From: an uncultured Gammaproteobacteria bacterium
GTDB taxonomy: Bacteria; Patescibacteriota; Patescibacteriia; Magasanikbacterales; UBA922
Direction: 5' to 3'
Length of the DNA: 45,174 bases
NCBI GenBank assembly: GCA_964516055.1
Contig: CAZEYK010000003.1
Coordinates: 1-45,174 of the forward strand
Each line of letters starts with the position of its first letter. Within the stretch, counting starts at the first letter, position 1. A model generated the notes under the pieces. The model was not told the DNA's origin. It did no database searches and saw nothing but the letters and a program-made list of their open reading frames with translations. A program made the position numbers and the translations under genes. Positions 17,406-27,487 of this stretch are shown here, one piece after another.

Positions 17406-17822
17406 TTATGTGGTTTTTTTCTTTGGTGTTCGTGATTTTTTCTTTGGTGTTGGCATTGGTTGGGGTTGTATCATCATGTATAGGCGAAGGGGCATTAGCA
17501 AGAGGGCAAACAATATCCCAATAAGTACAATACATATTCCGGTAAGAATTTTTCCTACTCCAATAAGTTTCATGCTCATTAATGATGATGGATAATTTTG
17601 AATCATTGTAAGTTGTTTGGTAAGCATGGAGTTTGTTGGAGCTTCATCGCGTACCTGTTTTTCTATGGAGTAATATTGTGTTTGTAGCTCATGAAATTGC
17701 ATTTCTTCACGGACTACTTTTTTGTGTAAATCCATTCCTTGGAGGACAAAAATTCCTCCAAATATGATAACCACAACCATAATGGTTACCATGCCAACGT
17801 GCATTGTCTCGTTTTGTTGCAT
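17406..17822 (-). CDS. Two-TM hypothetical membrane protein
   Basis: Two hydrophobic segments; operon-like spacing after the ArsR gene. Confidence 0.7.
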   Translation of the reverse strand: MQQNETMHVGMVTIMVVVIIFGGIFVLQGMDLHKKVVREEMQFHELQTQYYSIEKQVRDEAPTNSMLTKQLTMIQNYPSSLMSMKLIGVGKILTGICIVLIGILFALLLMPLRLYMMIQPQPMPTPKKKSRTPKKKTT

Positions 17823-17864
17823 AGTGTTTGTTCTATTAAATAAATGACAGGCAATAATGCATAC

Positions 17865-18191
17865 CTATTTTTTTGAATGTTTTTTTATCAATTTTATGAT
17901 GGCATTTCCTACTGGATTTTTTTTGTTTATTCGATAACAAGTCATTTGTCCCATGCGTTGTTTGTGTACTAGTTCGTTTGTTTCCAAAATTTTTAATTGT
18001 TGTGATGCTGCGGGAACAGAAATGTCGAAAATGTGTGCAATGTCTGTGACGCAAAGGTCTTTGTATTTTTGTAATACACGAAATATTTGGTAGCGTACGG
18101 TATCGCTTAGAGCATCAAAAATATCAGGGAGTACACCGTTATGTTTGAGGAATTCTTTTTGTATTTTTTGAAGATCTTTTTTATCAAGCAT
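17865..18191 (-). CDS. ArsR/SmtB-family regulator
   Basis: FDALSDTVRYQI, LCVTDIA, SVPAASQQLKIL. Confidence 0.9.
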   Translation of the reverse strand: MLDKKDLQKIQKEFLKHNGVLPDIFDALSDTVRYQIFRVLQKYKDLCVTDIAHIFDISVPAASQQLKILETNELVHKQRMGQMTCYRINKKNPVGNAIIKLIKKHSKK

Positions 18192-18339
18192 AACGGTATG
18201 TAGTATACAATATTTTTTTTGTTTGGAAAAATATTTTTAATTTTTTTCGTGAATAGTATGATACAAAAAAGCCGCAGTTGCTGCGGCGTATGAGTGTTTA
18301 TGTTTGTGTGATATTTTTTTGAAAATAAAAAACCCCCAC

Positions 18340-18414
18340 TGGGGTGACTAACGGGGATCGAACCCGTGATAAGGGCACCACAAGCCCCTGTGTTACCACT
18401 ACACCATAGTCACC
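18340..18414 (-). tRNA. tRNA-His (GTG)
   Basis: Cloverleaf GTGACTA/TAGTCAC, anticodon loop TTGTGGT, TTCGATC T-loop, G-1 and encoded CCA. Confidence 0.95.
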
Positions 18415-18488
18415 CCACTAAGGATTTTTTATTTTGTACGCGGCTTAGTGTAGCGTACTTATTTTTGTTTGTCAAGAATATATAAAAC

Positions 18489-18514
18489 AAAAAACCGCGA
18501 TGATGCGGTTTTTT
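18489..18514. terminator. Bidirectional intrinsic terminator
   Basis: AAAAAACCGC-gatgat-GCGGTTTTTT. Confidence 0.75.
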
Positions 18515-18529
18515 GTGAGGATATTTTTG

Positions 18530-19273
18530 TTATTTTCCGATTCGTTCCATCGCTCTTAAAACCTCTAATGGTACGGCAAAGATAACGGTGTTTGACTGAT
18601 CAGAACTTAAATCGTTAAGCGTATTAAGTGTACGAAGGTGAAGTGCGCCAGGTTGAGCAGCAAGCATTTTTGCCGCGTCAGCAAGATTTTGTGCGGCTGA
18701 TTTTTCTCCTTCGGATTTAATGATAACGGCACGACGTTCTCGTTCTGCTTCTGCTTGTTTTGCAATTGTGCGTTGCATGTTTTCTGGAAGAATAACGTCT
18801 TTTAATTCTACACTGTCAATTTTAATTCCCCATGGATCTGTGGCGCTATCAACGATATCTTTGATTCTTTTTGCGGCTTGATCTCTGTTTGCAAGAAGTT
18901 CGTCAAGTTCCAATTCTCCTGCAACGTTTCTCATTGTTGTTTGTGCCAGTTGGCTTACTGCAAAACGAAAGTTTTCTACTTCTAGTATGGCTTTTGCGGC
19001 ATCAGATACTTTGTAATAAATGACGGCATTGATTTTTGCGGTTACATTGTCTTTTGTGATGGCTTCTTGAAATGGCACATCTACCGCTTTTACTCGGATA
19101 TCTACTTTGGTCATTCCCTGTATTACAGGAAGGATAATTCGCCATCCCGGTTGGACAATTTTGGTATATTTACCAAATTGAAATTTTACTCCGCGTTGGT
19201 ATTCGTTTACTTGGCGAATACTTACAAGAATGATTGCTCCAAAGACAAAAATGAAAAATGTGATAACTCCCAT
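18530..19273 (-). CDS. SPFH/band-7 (stomatin-like) protein
   Basis: ITKDNV, AQTTMRNVAG, DPWGIKI, QAEAERERRA. Confidence 0.92.
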   Translation of the reverse strand: MGVITFFIFVFGAIILVSIRQVNEYQRGVKFQFGKYTKIVQPGWRIILPVIQGMTKVDIRVKAVDVPFQEAITKDNVTAKINAVIYYKVSDAAKAILEVENFRFAVSQLAQTTMRNVAGELELDELLANRDQAAKRIKDIVDSATDPWGIKIDSVELKDVILPENMQRTIAKQAEAERERRAVIIKSEGEKSAAQNLADAAKMLAAQPGALHLRTLNTLNDLSSDQSNTVIFAVPLEVLRAMERIGK

Positions 19274-19365
19274 ATAGATATGATTATATAGCGTAATGTG
19301 TGTACTGTAGCCTAGATAAAGAGGTTTGGCAAGAAATAGTTGTAGAATTGCTTTATCTTTTATTG

Positions 19366-19437
19366 TGTCCCTGCCAGGAATCGAACCTAGAACCGAAGCT
19401 TAGAAGGCTTCTGTTATATCCATTTAACTACAGGGAC
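19366..19437 (-). tRNA. tRNA-Arg (TCT)
   Basis: GTCCCTG/CAGGGAC acceptor stem, anticodon loop CTTCTAA, TTCGATT T-loop. Confidence 0.95.
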
Positions 19438-19499
19438 GTAAGCCTTTGGCATAGATTGCAAAGGTTCCTCTTTGTTAGGCTTTGTCGAGCAAACACATA

Positions 19500-20525
19500 T
19501 TAGGTGTTTTTGTTCTTTTTGTCAATCGATTTTGGTTCGGTAACTTCTTTTTTTCGATGAAATTTTTTATGTACTTTTTGGAGTCCCTTATCGGTAATGT
19601 GGGTATATATTTGTGTTGTTGTGATTGACGAATGACCAAGCATTGCCTGAACACTTCTAATATCAGCCCCATTTTGGAGGAGGTCTGTGGCGTATGAATG
19701 ACGAAGGGTGTGAGGGGTTACAGGTTTGGTAATTCCCGATATTTTTGCATATTTGTTGACCATTCTTTGCACGGATCGTGGGGTAAGCGGTTCATCTTCT
19801 GTTTGGGGTTTCCCTTCGGTGGTCATTTTTACTTGTTTTTGTGATCCTTGTCTTTTGTCATGGCTTACAAAGAGATATGGGTTCATGTCTTTTCTTATAT
19901 CAAGATATTGTTTAATCCAAAATTTTGCTTGTTCTGATAAAAAAATAATTCGGGATTTTCCGCCTTTCCCTTGGATGGTGAATTCATCTTTTTTGAGGTT
20001 TACGTCTTCTTTTTTGAGTTTTGTGAGTTCTGATACTCGAAGGCCAGAACAAAATAATAATTCCAATATGGCTTTGTCTCTTTGTTTGATAAATGGGGAG
20101 GCTGCGCTATTTGTGTGATTATGTTTGTTGAGTGGGGCTTTTAGTAGTTTTTCAACGTCTGATGGTTCTAGGTGGTCGATGTGTCGATCGGGCATTTTCA
20201 TGAGTTCAATTTTTTCTGCGGCTAGGGTAAGAATATCACGTCGGGCAAGATATTTTAAAAATGAACGTAGGGCGATAAGATGATAGTTCTGTGTATTTTT
20301 TTTTAATGGATCTCCGTGAACATCAATAAGCCGATTGAGCCATAAACGGAATTTTCGTACATCGTCGGCAGTTAGTTGGTTTGGTTTTTTTTGTTTTCCA
20401 AACAATTCGGTAAAACGGGAAAGATAAAAATGATAATTTTGGATAGTTTTTTGGCTGCGATTCTTTTCTATTTCAAGATATTCAAGGAATTCTTTGATAT
20501 ATGTGTTTAATGACGTAGAGGACAT
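19500..20525 (-). CDS. XerC/XerD-type tyrosine recombinase
   Basis: SGLRVSEL, GKGGKSR, HTLRHSYAT, LGHSSITTTQIYTH. Confidence 0.92.
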   Translation of the reverse strand: MSSTSLNTYIKEFLEYLEIEKNRSQKTIQNYHFYLSRFTELFGKQKKPNQLTADDVRKFRLWLNRLIDVHGDPLKKNTQNYHLIALRSFLKYLARRDILTLAAEKIELMKMPDRHIDHLEPSDVEKLLKAPLNKHNHTNSAASPFIKQRDKAILELLFCSGLRVSELTKLKKEDVNLKKDEFTIQGKGGKSRIIFLSEQAKFWIKQYLDIRKDMNPYLFVSHDKRQGSQKQVKMTTEGKPQTEDEPLTPRSVQRMVNKYAKISGITKPVTPHTLRHSYATDLLQNGADIRSVQAMLGHSSITTTQIYTHITDKGLQKVHKKFHRKKEVTEPKSIDKKNKNT

Positions 20526-20663
20526 AAAGTAGTAGGTATGTTTTGATAATTCTATTGTACTTGAGGGTTGACAACTGGTCAATTTTTTGCTATACTAATA
20601 GTGTTGTTAGTACAAAAAATAAAAAAGCTAACAGCGGCAAAAACAAAAATAAATACAAAACGT

Positions 20664-20792
20664 ATGCAAAAGCACACATGGTCTTCAGACACCACAAAGT
20701 CTGAGTATTCTTTGGTATATTATTATTTGCTAGCAGGAATCGCTCTCGTGGTTGCTGTTTTTTTATTTTTACCTCGTGTTTCTATGAGTTAA
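20664..20792 (+). CDS. Small single-TM peptide
   Basis: 42-aa ORF with a hydrophobic helix, downstream of TGCTATACT. Confidence 0.35.
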   Translation: MQKHTWSSDTTKSEYSLVYYYLLAGIALVVAVFLFLPRVSMS

Positions 20793-20889
20793 TATAGGGA
20801 TAAATAATATTTATATATACTTATAGATAAAAAACGTGTATACTTTCATTGTGAAATATACACGTTTATTTTTTAATTTTATTAAGAAT

Positions 20890-22101
20890 ATGTTATCTAT
20901 ACGGAGATTTTTTCTTTTTTGTGGTGTGTTCCTTTGTTCATTCTTTATTTTTTCAACAGTATTAGCGCAAGAAGTATTTAGTGACACCACTGTTTCTGAG
21001 GATATTTTGATTAATGATGATGTTGATGTTGATGAAGAAACTGGTGAGGCGCTTGATATTTCATTGGAAAATATTGGATCTTCTGTGATTGAAGAAGTCC
21101 CGAGTTCATTTGGGTTATTTTTTCGGGGTATTCGAGAACGTATTTCTTTGATGACTACTTTTAATCCAGTAAAGAAAGCAGAAAAACGACTTCAATATGC
21201 ATTAGAACGAGAAAATATCGCTGAACGGATTCTTGAGGAGTCTCTTGATTTTGCTGCACAAAAAAAGGCACAAGATATGATTGATCGATCACAAGCATTT
21301 ATTGAAAAAGTACATGAGCAACAAGAAAAATGGATGAATGGTCAAGATGATCGTGCACAACAGTTGTTGAAAAATGTTGCAAATTTTGAACTTCGTCGTG
21401 AAAAACTTTTTGATCGTTTAGAAGAGAAGTTATCTGATGAACAACTTATCAAATTTCAAGAAAAAAGAGATGTGATTGAACAAAAAAGTCAGCGATTACT
21501 TAATGCACTAGATAATGAAAATATTCCTGAAGAGATTCGTCTTCATTTACAAAAAGTAAAAGAGCGAGTTGAAGAACATTATGATCAACAACAGGAATAT
21601 AAAGCAGGACTTTTAAAAGCTATTCAATCGGGAGATGCAACTGCAGTAAAAGAACTCCGTGAACAGCGACATGATGAGAACGTTATTCGTTTTGATGAAA
21701 AAAAAGTACAAATACAAGAAAGAAAAGACGTCCTTCGTGAGCGGGCGGAAGATGGAGATATCCAAGCGCAAAAAGAGATTCGATTGTTACATAGTGTTGT
21801 AGAAAATGGGCAAAAGCGTGTAGAAGAAGTGAAAGAACGTGTAGAAGAGCGACGTGAGGACTTGAAAGAGCTTATTGAGTATAAACGAGAGGAAATAAAA
21901 GAACAAAAGGAAACTGTTCGAGAAGAAGTGAAGGGGCGTGTAGAAGAGCGACGTGAATTTATTGATGAACAGGGAGCTCGTGTTGAAATAAGAAGAGAGG
22001 AACGACTTGATTCTGATGGGCAAATTCGTATTGAAGAGCGTGTTCGTGAGGAAGATGTAAATAGCGATGACGATAGCGATGACGATAGCGACCTTGATTA
22101 A
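20890..22101 (+). CDS. Secreted coiled-coil protein, DUF5667-like
   Basis: Signal peptide, PSSFGLFFRGIRERISLMTTFNPVKKAEKRL, E/K/R-rich coil. Confidence 0.75.
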   Translation: MLSIRRFFLFCGVFLCSFFIFSTVLAQEVFSDTTVSEDILINDDVDVDEETGEALDISLENIGSSVIEEVPSSFGLFFRGIRERISLMTTFNPVKKAEKRLQYALERENIAERILEESLDFAAQKKAQDMIDRSQAFIEKVHEQQEKWMNGQDDRAQQLLKNVANFELRREKLFDRLEEKLSDEQLIKFQEKRDVIEQKSQRLLNALDNENIPEEIRLHLQKVKERVEEHYDQQQEYKAGLLKAIQSGDATAVKELREQRHDENVIRFDEKKVQIQERKDVLRERAEDGDIQAQKEIRLLHSVVENGQKRVEEVKERVEERREDLKELIEYKREEIKEQKETVREEVKGRVEERREFIDEQGARVEIRREERLDSDGQIRIEERVREEDVNSDDDSDDDSDLD

Positions 22102-22162
22102 TTTTTCTAATTTATATATAAAACAATCAGGGAAATGACTGATTGTTTTTATTTTTATATAC

Positions 22163-22612
22163 ATGACAGATTTTTACTTACTTTTACCTAATATTCGTTC
22201 TTGTCATAATGTGGGGGCAATGTTTCGTACAGCGGATGCTTTTGGTATTACGAAATTATTTTTGTGTGGGTATACTGCCGTTCCTCCAAAAATTCAAATT
22301 GACAAGGTGGCTCTTGGTGCAGAAACCTGGATTCCTTGGGAACAAAGAGAAGATGTTTCTTCTATAATAAGAGAATTACGTGAACAGGGTGTTTCTATAA
22401 TTGCATTAGAAAAAAATGATACGAGTGTTGATATTTCGATCGTTTCTATTGATGGACCAGTTGCTCTTGTTCTTGGAAATGAAGTTGATGGTGTTTCTGA
22501 TGATATATTAGCACTTTGTGATGTGGTTACGCATATTCCTATGCAAGGGAAAAAAGAAAGTCTGAATGTGAGTATTGCTGCTGGTATTGCGATGTATATG
22601 CTTCAACGATAA
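22163..22612 (+). CDS. TrmH/SpoU RNA methyltransferase
   Basis: NIRSCHNVGAMFRTAD, LGNEVDG, IPMQGKKESLNVS. Confidence 0.92.
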   Translation: MTDFYLLLPNIRSCHNVGAMFRTADAFGITKLFLCGYTAVPPKIQIDKVALGAETWIPWEQREDVSSIIRELREQGVSIIALEKNDTSVDISIVSIDGPVALVLGNEVDGVSDDILALCDVVTHIPMQGKKESLNVSIAAGIAMYMLQR

Positions 22613-22642
22613 GTTTATTATTTATTTTTAAGGAGGGGGCCT

Positions 22643-23335
22643 ATGTCTATTCAAGGGGGGAATACGTTTGTGTTTGATATTGAGACAATTGCTGTGTGTC
22701 TTGATGATTTACCTGATTCTGTTCAGGAATATTTATTACGGTTTTCTGATGGGACAGCGCAAGAAACTGATGCTGTGCAGCATCAAATGGCGCTGTGGGC
22801 GCCGACGAATACCATTATTGCCATTGGTGTGTATTGTGTGGAAACAAAGACGGGTGCGGTGTATTTTCAAGCAGGAGGACAGTCTGTTGATTTTGAAAAG
22901 GAGGGTATTCGATATGTTTCAGGGGATGAAGCGTTTGTGCTTACTCGTTTTTGGCAGGTTATGACTCATGCGGGAAGATTTGTTACCTTTAATGGCAGAG
23001 GGTTTGATTGTCCGGTTTTGCTTCTTCGTTCTGCAATGCTGGGTGTGGCACCAACTATGAATATTATGCCATATCGATATAATTCTTTGTTGCACGTGGA
23101 TTTATTGGAGCAATTTACTTTTTATAATACAACAAGAAAATTTTCTCTTGATTTGTATTGTCGGTCATTTGGTATTCCTTCACCAAAAATAGCCATGAAC
23201 GGACATGATTTGCCTATGTATTTTCGTGAGGGAAAATATGTGGATATTGCCACGTATTGTATGGGAGATGTTTTGGCGACGGTACGTTTGTTTGAATACT
23301 GGCAGAAATACTTATCCTTTCGCACTTTGTCTTGA
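22643..23335 (+). CDS. PolB-like 3'-5' exonuclease (RNase H-like DEDD)
   Basis: FDIET, TFNGRGFDCP, HVDL, YCMGDV. Confidence 0.88.
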   Translation: MSIQGGNTFVFDIETIAVCLDDLPDSVQEYLLRFSDGTAQETDAVQHQMALWAPTNTIIAIGVYCVETKTGAVYFQAGGQSVDFEKEGIRYVSGDEAFVLTRFWQVMTHAGRFVTFNGRGFDCPVLLLRSAMLGVAPTMNIMPYRYNSLLHVDLLEQFTFYNTTRKFSLDLYCRSFGIPSPKIAMNGHDLPMYFREGKYVDIATYCMGDVLATVRLFEYWQKYLSFRTLS

Positions 23336-23369
23336 TTTTGTTATACTATGGATACTTATATTTATTTTT

Positions 23370-24077
23370 ATGCATAATCCCGCAGTACAACATACGCTTA
23401 CTATTTTTGAACGATTGTGTAATTCTCTTCCTCCTCTTGTCCCTGAGACGGTTGTTCAAGATATAGAGGGTGCTTATGAACAAATGCTTCATAATTATTC
23501 ACTGTCACTTGATGATTTGGAACGAACAATGATTGTGTTCGGAAAACAAATTTGGCCATATCGCAGGGCTTTTGATGAATTTTTGTCTTTAGCCGAAGGA
23601 AGAATGGGAGAGGTTTTTTTGCGTGGTATTTTTTCTTCGTCGCTCAAAAAGCGGTATAATGATTTTGCTCTTCATGGAGGCACGTATCGAGATTTGTATG
23701 CAGGTGCTCCCGTTTCTTTTTTTACGTCTGAGGAACGAGTTGAATTATGTGAGGCACTTGTTCTTGTGCGGACGCAATTAGAAGCGCATACGCGGCAAGA
23801 GGTACTCACTACAGAAAAGAAGTGGTATGAACAGCGTATACTTGAATTTCAGGCTATTCTTGATGATATTGAAAAGCGACTTGATACCCTTCGGACGATG
23901 GCAGATAGTGAGCAGGAACATCCAAGTTTGGCAGCAGAAATTCGTCAGCATGTTTTGTCATTTGAATATGGCATTTGTGCTCTTGGTCCACATGTAAAAC
24001 ATGAGGCTGTTTGTGAGGCGGAAGAGTATTTCGTTGGGAGGAAAAAAAATAAACAGTTATTTCAGTTACACGATTAA
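23370..24077 (+). CDS. Helical hypothetical protein (paralog A)
   Basis: Long ORF, ATG after TGTTATACT; similar to the next gene. Confidence 0.75.
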   Translation: MHNPAVQHTLTIFERLCNSLPPLVPETVVQDIEGAYEQMLHNYSLSLDDLERTMIVFGKQIWPYRRAFDEFLSLAEGRMGEVFLRGIFSSSLKKRYNDFALHGGTYRDLYAGAPVSFFTSEERVELCEALVLVRTQLEAHTRQEVLTTEKKWYEQRILEFQAILDDIEKRLDTLRTMADSEQEHPSLAAEIRQHVLSFEYGICALGPHVKHEAVCEAEEYFVGRKKNKQLFQLHD

Positions 24078-24101
24078 TAATCCGTATATAATTTGTCTGA
24101 T

Positions 24102-24785
24102 ATGTTTTCTTATTCTTTGAGATTATTTGATATATTGCTTCATCGAGATTCATCTGGTATACCACAAGAAGCTTTGCGTGAAGCAAAAACTCGTTATGCG
24201 CAGTTTCTTCAGGATGATGTTGTTACGCAAGATGTTATTGATGAGGCGATGATTCACTTTGGTCTTGCTTCTTGGGAGTATTGGGAGGCAGAAGAGGAAT
24301 TTATGGAATTATATGGTAGGGAAAAAGAGAAAGAATTGTTTTTATCTTCTTTGAGTGATTCATTGCGAGATACGTGGCATCAATATGAATCCCAATTACA
24401 TGGTGAGGCTGTGTATGATCATGATGACGCATTTGAAGGAACTTTTTCTGCAGAAGAACATTATGCACTTGAAGAGGCTGTTGTTTTGGCAAAGGAAAAA
24501 GTTATTGGATATGTTCGTTCTCTTGCGAGTGTGGAAAAAGCAGACGAGTATATGCAATTGGTGATTAAATTTCGAAAAGAAAAAGAAGAAATTTTGTCTC
24601 TTCTTGAACAGCTTTCACTGATGAAAGATCAATTACCAGATAATTTTGATGAGGAAATTGATACCTTTGTTCATTATGTAAAACAAGGATTTGCAGAAAT
24701 TGAACAACGGCCTTTGGCTACCGTGGTACAAGGAAATATTGATTTTTATCGGAGTAAACTGGTTAGTTTAGAAACAAATAAATAA
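24102..24785 (+). CDS. Helical hypothetical protein (paralog B)
   Basis: Shares MIxFG...W.Y..A..EF and F..EE...L.EA.V with paralog A. Confidence 0.75.
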   Translation: MFSYSLRLFDILLHRDSSGIPQEALREAKTRYAQFLQDDVVTQDVIDEAMIHFGLASWEYWEAEEEFMELYGREKEKELFLSSLSDSLRDTWHQYESQLHGEAVYDHDDAFEGTFSAEEHYALEEAVVLAKEKVIGYVRSLASVEKADEYMQLVIKFRKEKEEILSLLEQLSLMKDQLPDNFDEEIDTFVHYVKQGFAEIEQRPLATVVQGNIDFYRSKLVSLETNK

Positions 24786-24832
24786 TTTTTTTGTTGAGAT
24801 CAAGTAAAAAAATATAACACGGAATTTTCGTG

Positions 24833-25801
24833 TTATATTTTTTTTGGTATGATTTTTTTCTCGTGTGCTATTATGATATGTAGTTGTTTTTCTGTGAGGA
24901 GCCCTTGTTGTGCGCCAAATTTTTGGATGACGCCACTCGCATTTGCGGTGCCATATTGCATGGCTGTTTGTATATCTTTTCCCTTTATGATGGCGCAGAG
25001 AAAGCCGCTCGTATATGCATCTCCTGCTCCTGTTTTTGCAATGGCTTTTATGCCGTAGGTGGGCATGTGGTAAGTATTTACTCCGTTTGATGCGTATGAT
25101 CCGTTTGTTCCGTCTGTGATTACTACCATGTGTGGGCCAAGTTTGTGGAGTGCAGAGATTGTTGCTTTGATTGATGATTGGTTACCAACAAATTTTTCTG
25201 CTTCTTCTTTGTTTACAAAACATATTGATGCGTATGGAAGGATTTTTTTGAATGTGTTTATACCATGTGTAATTTGATATGATCCTGGGTTTACGGCGAG
25301 TTTGGTGTCTTTGTTTTTTTTGAGGTAGGTAATTATATTTTTTTGTATTTTTTCAAATGATTTTCCAAGAGATGTGTAGTATAGCCATTGTGATTTGGGA
25401 AATGCATGTATGGTATACGGAACGTTTGCGTGTGAGGATAAAATGGTTCGTTCACTTTTGTAGTTTAATACGATGGAATATCTTGTTTCTCTTTTTTTAT
25501 TTATGTGGATATATGATGTATCAATATTTCTTTCTTGTAAGGATTCAACAATAATGTGGCCATTAAAATCATCTCCTATTTCTGATACGATGGTGGCATC
25601 TATTCCTATTTTTTTTGCGCCAACAACAACATTTGAGGCATTGCCTCCTATTGAGTTATGTGTTCCTTCTACACAAATTTTTTCTGCAAAGTTAAGGCAG
25701 AGTTTTGGGTGTGATTTATCGATGCTTTTATTTAGTGTGGCATCGTCGATAATCAAAAATGTGTCCATTGTACAATCGCCGACAGTGACGAGTTCGAACA
25801 T
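24833..25801 (-). CDS. PfkB-family carbohydrate kinase
   Basis: GGNASNV, NPG, NKEEA, TGAGDAYTSG. Confidence 0.92.
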   Translation of the reverse strand: MFELVTVGDCTMDTFLIIDDATLNKSIDKSHPKLCLNFAEKICVEGTHNSIGGNASNVVVGAKKIGIDATIVSEIGDDFNGHIIVESLQERNIDTSYIHINKKRETRYSIVLNYKSERTILSSHANVPYTIHAFPKSQWLYYTSLGKSFEKIQKNIITYLKKNKDTKLAVNPGSYQITHGINTFKKILPYASICFVNKEEAEKFVGNQSSIKATISALHKLGPHMVVITDGTNGSYASNGVNTYHMPTYGIKAIAKTGAGDAYTSGFLCAIIKGKDIQTAMQYGTANASGVIQKFGAQQGLLTEKQLHIIIAHEKKIIPKKI

Positions 25802-25848
25802 ATGACGTATAAATTTCACAATTGGAAAATTTTTCCAATGTGTATGTT

Positions 25849-26157
25849 TTAGTGGAGTTTTTTGTATTTCTTTAAGTCCTCTTTGTTGTGTTTGTGTAAC
25901 CCAAGAAAAATTTCTGTAAATTCTACTGCGGATGCAAGGGCAAGTCCTCCCATGGCAATAATGAAGATGGCATTTTCTATGTAGATTGCATACACACACA
26001 AACAGGTTGCTCCTACGAGTTTCACAAGGTCTTGCCGTCGTTCTTGTTCAAGAAATACTCCATAAGAAAGAAGAATGGCTCCAAGGATAGCAACAATAAT
26101 AACGATAATGTTGATTGGTGTTGTTGGTATGTTTGGTAATAGTGATTCTAGTAGCAT
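25849..26157 (-). CDS. Small membrane protein
   Basis: Three hydrophobic segments, within the operon. Confidence 0.7.
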   Translation of the reverse strand: MLLESLLPNIPTTPINIIVIIVAILGAILLSYGVFLEQERRQDLVKLVGATCLCVYAIYIENAIFIIAMGGLALASAVEFTEIFLGLHKHNKEDLKKYKKLH

Positions 26158-26234
26158 AGAAGATTGATTGTCTATTATTTGATAGTATATCACATTTTTT
26201 TATGAACATAATATCCCGCTGGTGCGGGATATTA

Positions 26235-26459
26235 TTATTTCTTGTTTTTCTTTTTTTTGAGGAAGCAGGTTTTGAGTACAATGGTAGTTTTTCCTTCTTT
26301 GCATTCAACTTCTTCTGGGTTGTCTGTGAGACGAATATTTTTGAATGAGGTGCCTACTTTGAGATTTAGTGGTGAGCCTTTTACTTTAAGATCTTTGGTG
26401 AGTTGTACGGCGTCTCCTTGTTGGAGAATTTCTCCATTACAATCTTTTGTTTCGGTCAT
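26235..26459 (-). CDS. PhnA/YjdM C-terminal-domain protein
   Basis: KDCNGEILQQGDAVQLTKDLKVKG...KNIRL...LKTCFLKK. Confidence 0.88.
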   Translation of the reverse strand: MTETKDCNGEILQQGDAVQLTKDLKVKGSPLNLKVGTSFKNIRLTDNPEEVECKEGKTTIVLKTCFLKKKKNKK

Positions 26460-26476
26460 ATGATGATAGATATTAT

Positions 26477-27436
26477 TTATTCGCTCCATCGATTGATATC
26501 TTCAATGGCAGAAAGTGCAGCGGTAACTCCTTGACCAGCGGCAATAACGATTTGATTATATTGGTTATCGGTTACGTCACCAGCTGCAAATACGCCTTTT
26601 ATATTTGTTTCACAGCGGGTATTTACTTTTATTTGTCCAATTTTGTCTTTTTCTATTTTTTCAACAAATGATGAATTTGGGATAACGCCAATGTGAACCA
26701 TAACGCCGTTTGTTTTTACGGTTGTTTCTTCCCCAGTTTCTTGATTTTTGTAGGTTATTCCTTGGACTACGTTGTCGCCAGTAATTTCTGTGGTGATGGC
26801 ATTGTAAATGATTTCAATATTTTTTTCCTTTTTTACTTTTTCGATGAGAATATTTTCTCCTCGTGGAAATCCACCGTTTGTTTCTTTGCTATCTTTATAC
26901 TTGGTGACAAGATAGGCTTTGCTGGAAATTTTGCTGAGCATGAGCGCTGATTCTAATGCGGCGTTTCCAGCACCAATGGTGGTGGTTATTTTATTTTTGT
27001 ATAGGGGGCCATCACAAACGGTACAGTAGGTTACTCCACGTCCATTGAGTTTTTTTTCTCCTGGAATGTTGAGCTCTCGTGGATGGATTCCTGTAGCAAT
27101 AATGACAGTTTTTGTTCTGTAGATTTTTTCTTCTCCAGAAAAACTTTTTGCATACACAATGTGTGTGTTTCCGTCTTGTTCAATTTTTTCTACGCCAAAT
27201 CCAAGAGCAATTTCTGGATTGTAGCTTTTCATGTGTTTTTCAAAGTCGTTGGCTAGCTGAATTCCTGTGGTGTGTATTATTCCTGGCCAGTTTTCTACTT
27301 CTCCTGACAGTGCGACTTCTCCTCCAATATCTTTGGTGATTACGGCGTATTTTAGTTGTCGACGTGAGGCATAGATGGAGGCAGAACAACCTGCTGCTGC
27401 AGCGCCAATGATAATGAGATCGTAAAGTTCAGACAT
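26477..27436 (-). CDS. trxB: Thioredoxin-disulfide reductase
   Basis: GRGVTYCTVCDG, GAGNAALE, GVFAAGDVT. Confidence 0.88.
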   Translation of the reverse strand: MSELYDLIIIGAAAAGCSASIYASRRQLKYAVITKDIGGEVALSGEVENWPGIIHTTGIQLANDFEKHMKSYNPEIALGFGVEKIEQDGNTHIVYAKSFSGEEKIYRTKTVIIATGIHPRELNIPGEKKLNGRGVTYCTVCDGPLYKNKITTTIGAGNAALESALMLSKISSKAYLVTKYKDSKETNGGFPRGENILIEKVKKEKNIEIIYNAITTEITGDNVVQGITYKNQETGEETTVKTNGVMVHIGVIPNSSFVEKIEKDKIGQIKVNTRCETNIKGVFAAGDVTDNQYNQIVIAAGQGVTAALSAIEDINRWSE

Positions 27437-27487
27437 AGTACTATTCAATTTACAAAATTTACAAATGATCAAACCATTTTATTTTTA

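Noticed and set aside
19366-20525. Recombinase beside tRNA-Arg as an island or integron integrase
   Set aside because: Looks like a housekeeping Xer with host-like codons; no IntI-specific insertion and no duplicated tRNA 3' end seen
21838-22092. Short direct repeats in the DUF5667-like gene
   Set aside because: They encode low-complexity RVEERRE and DDDS peptides; not an array
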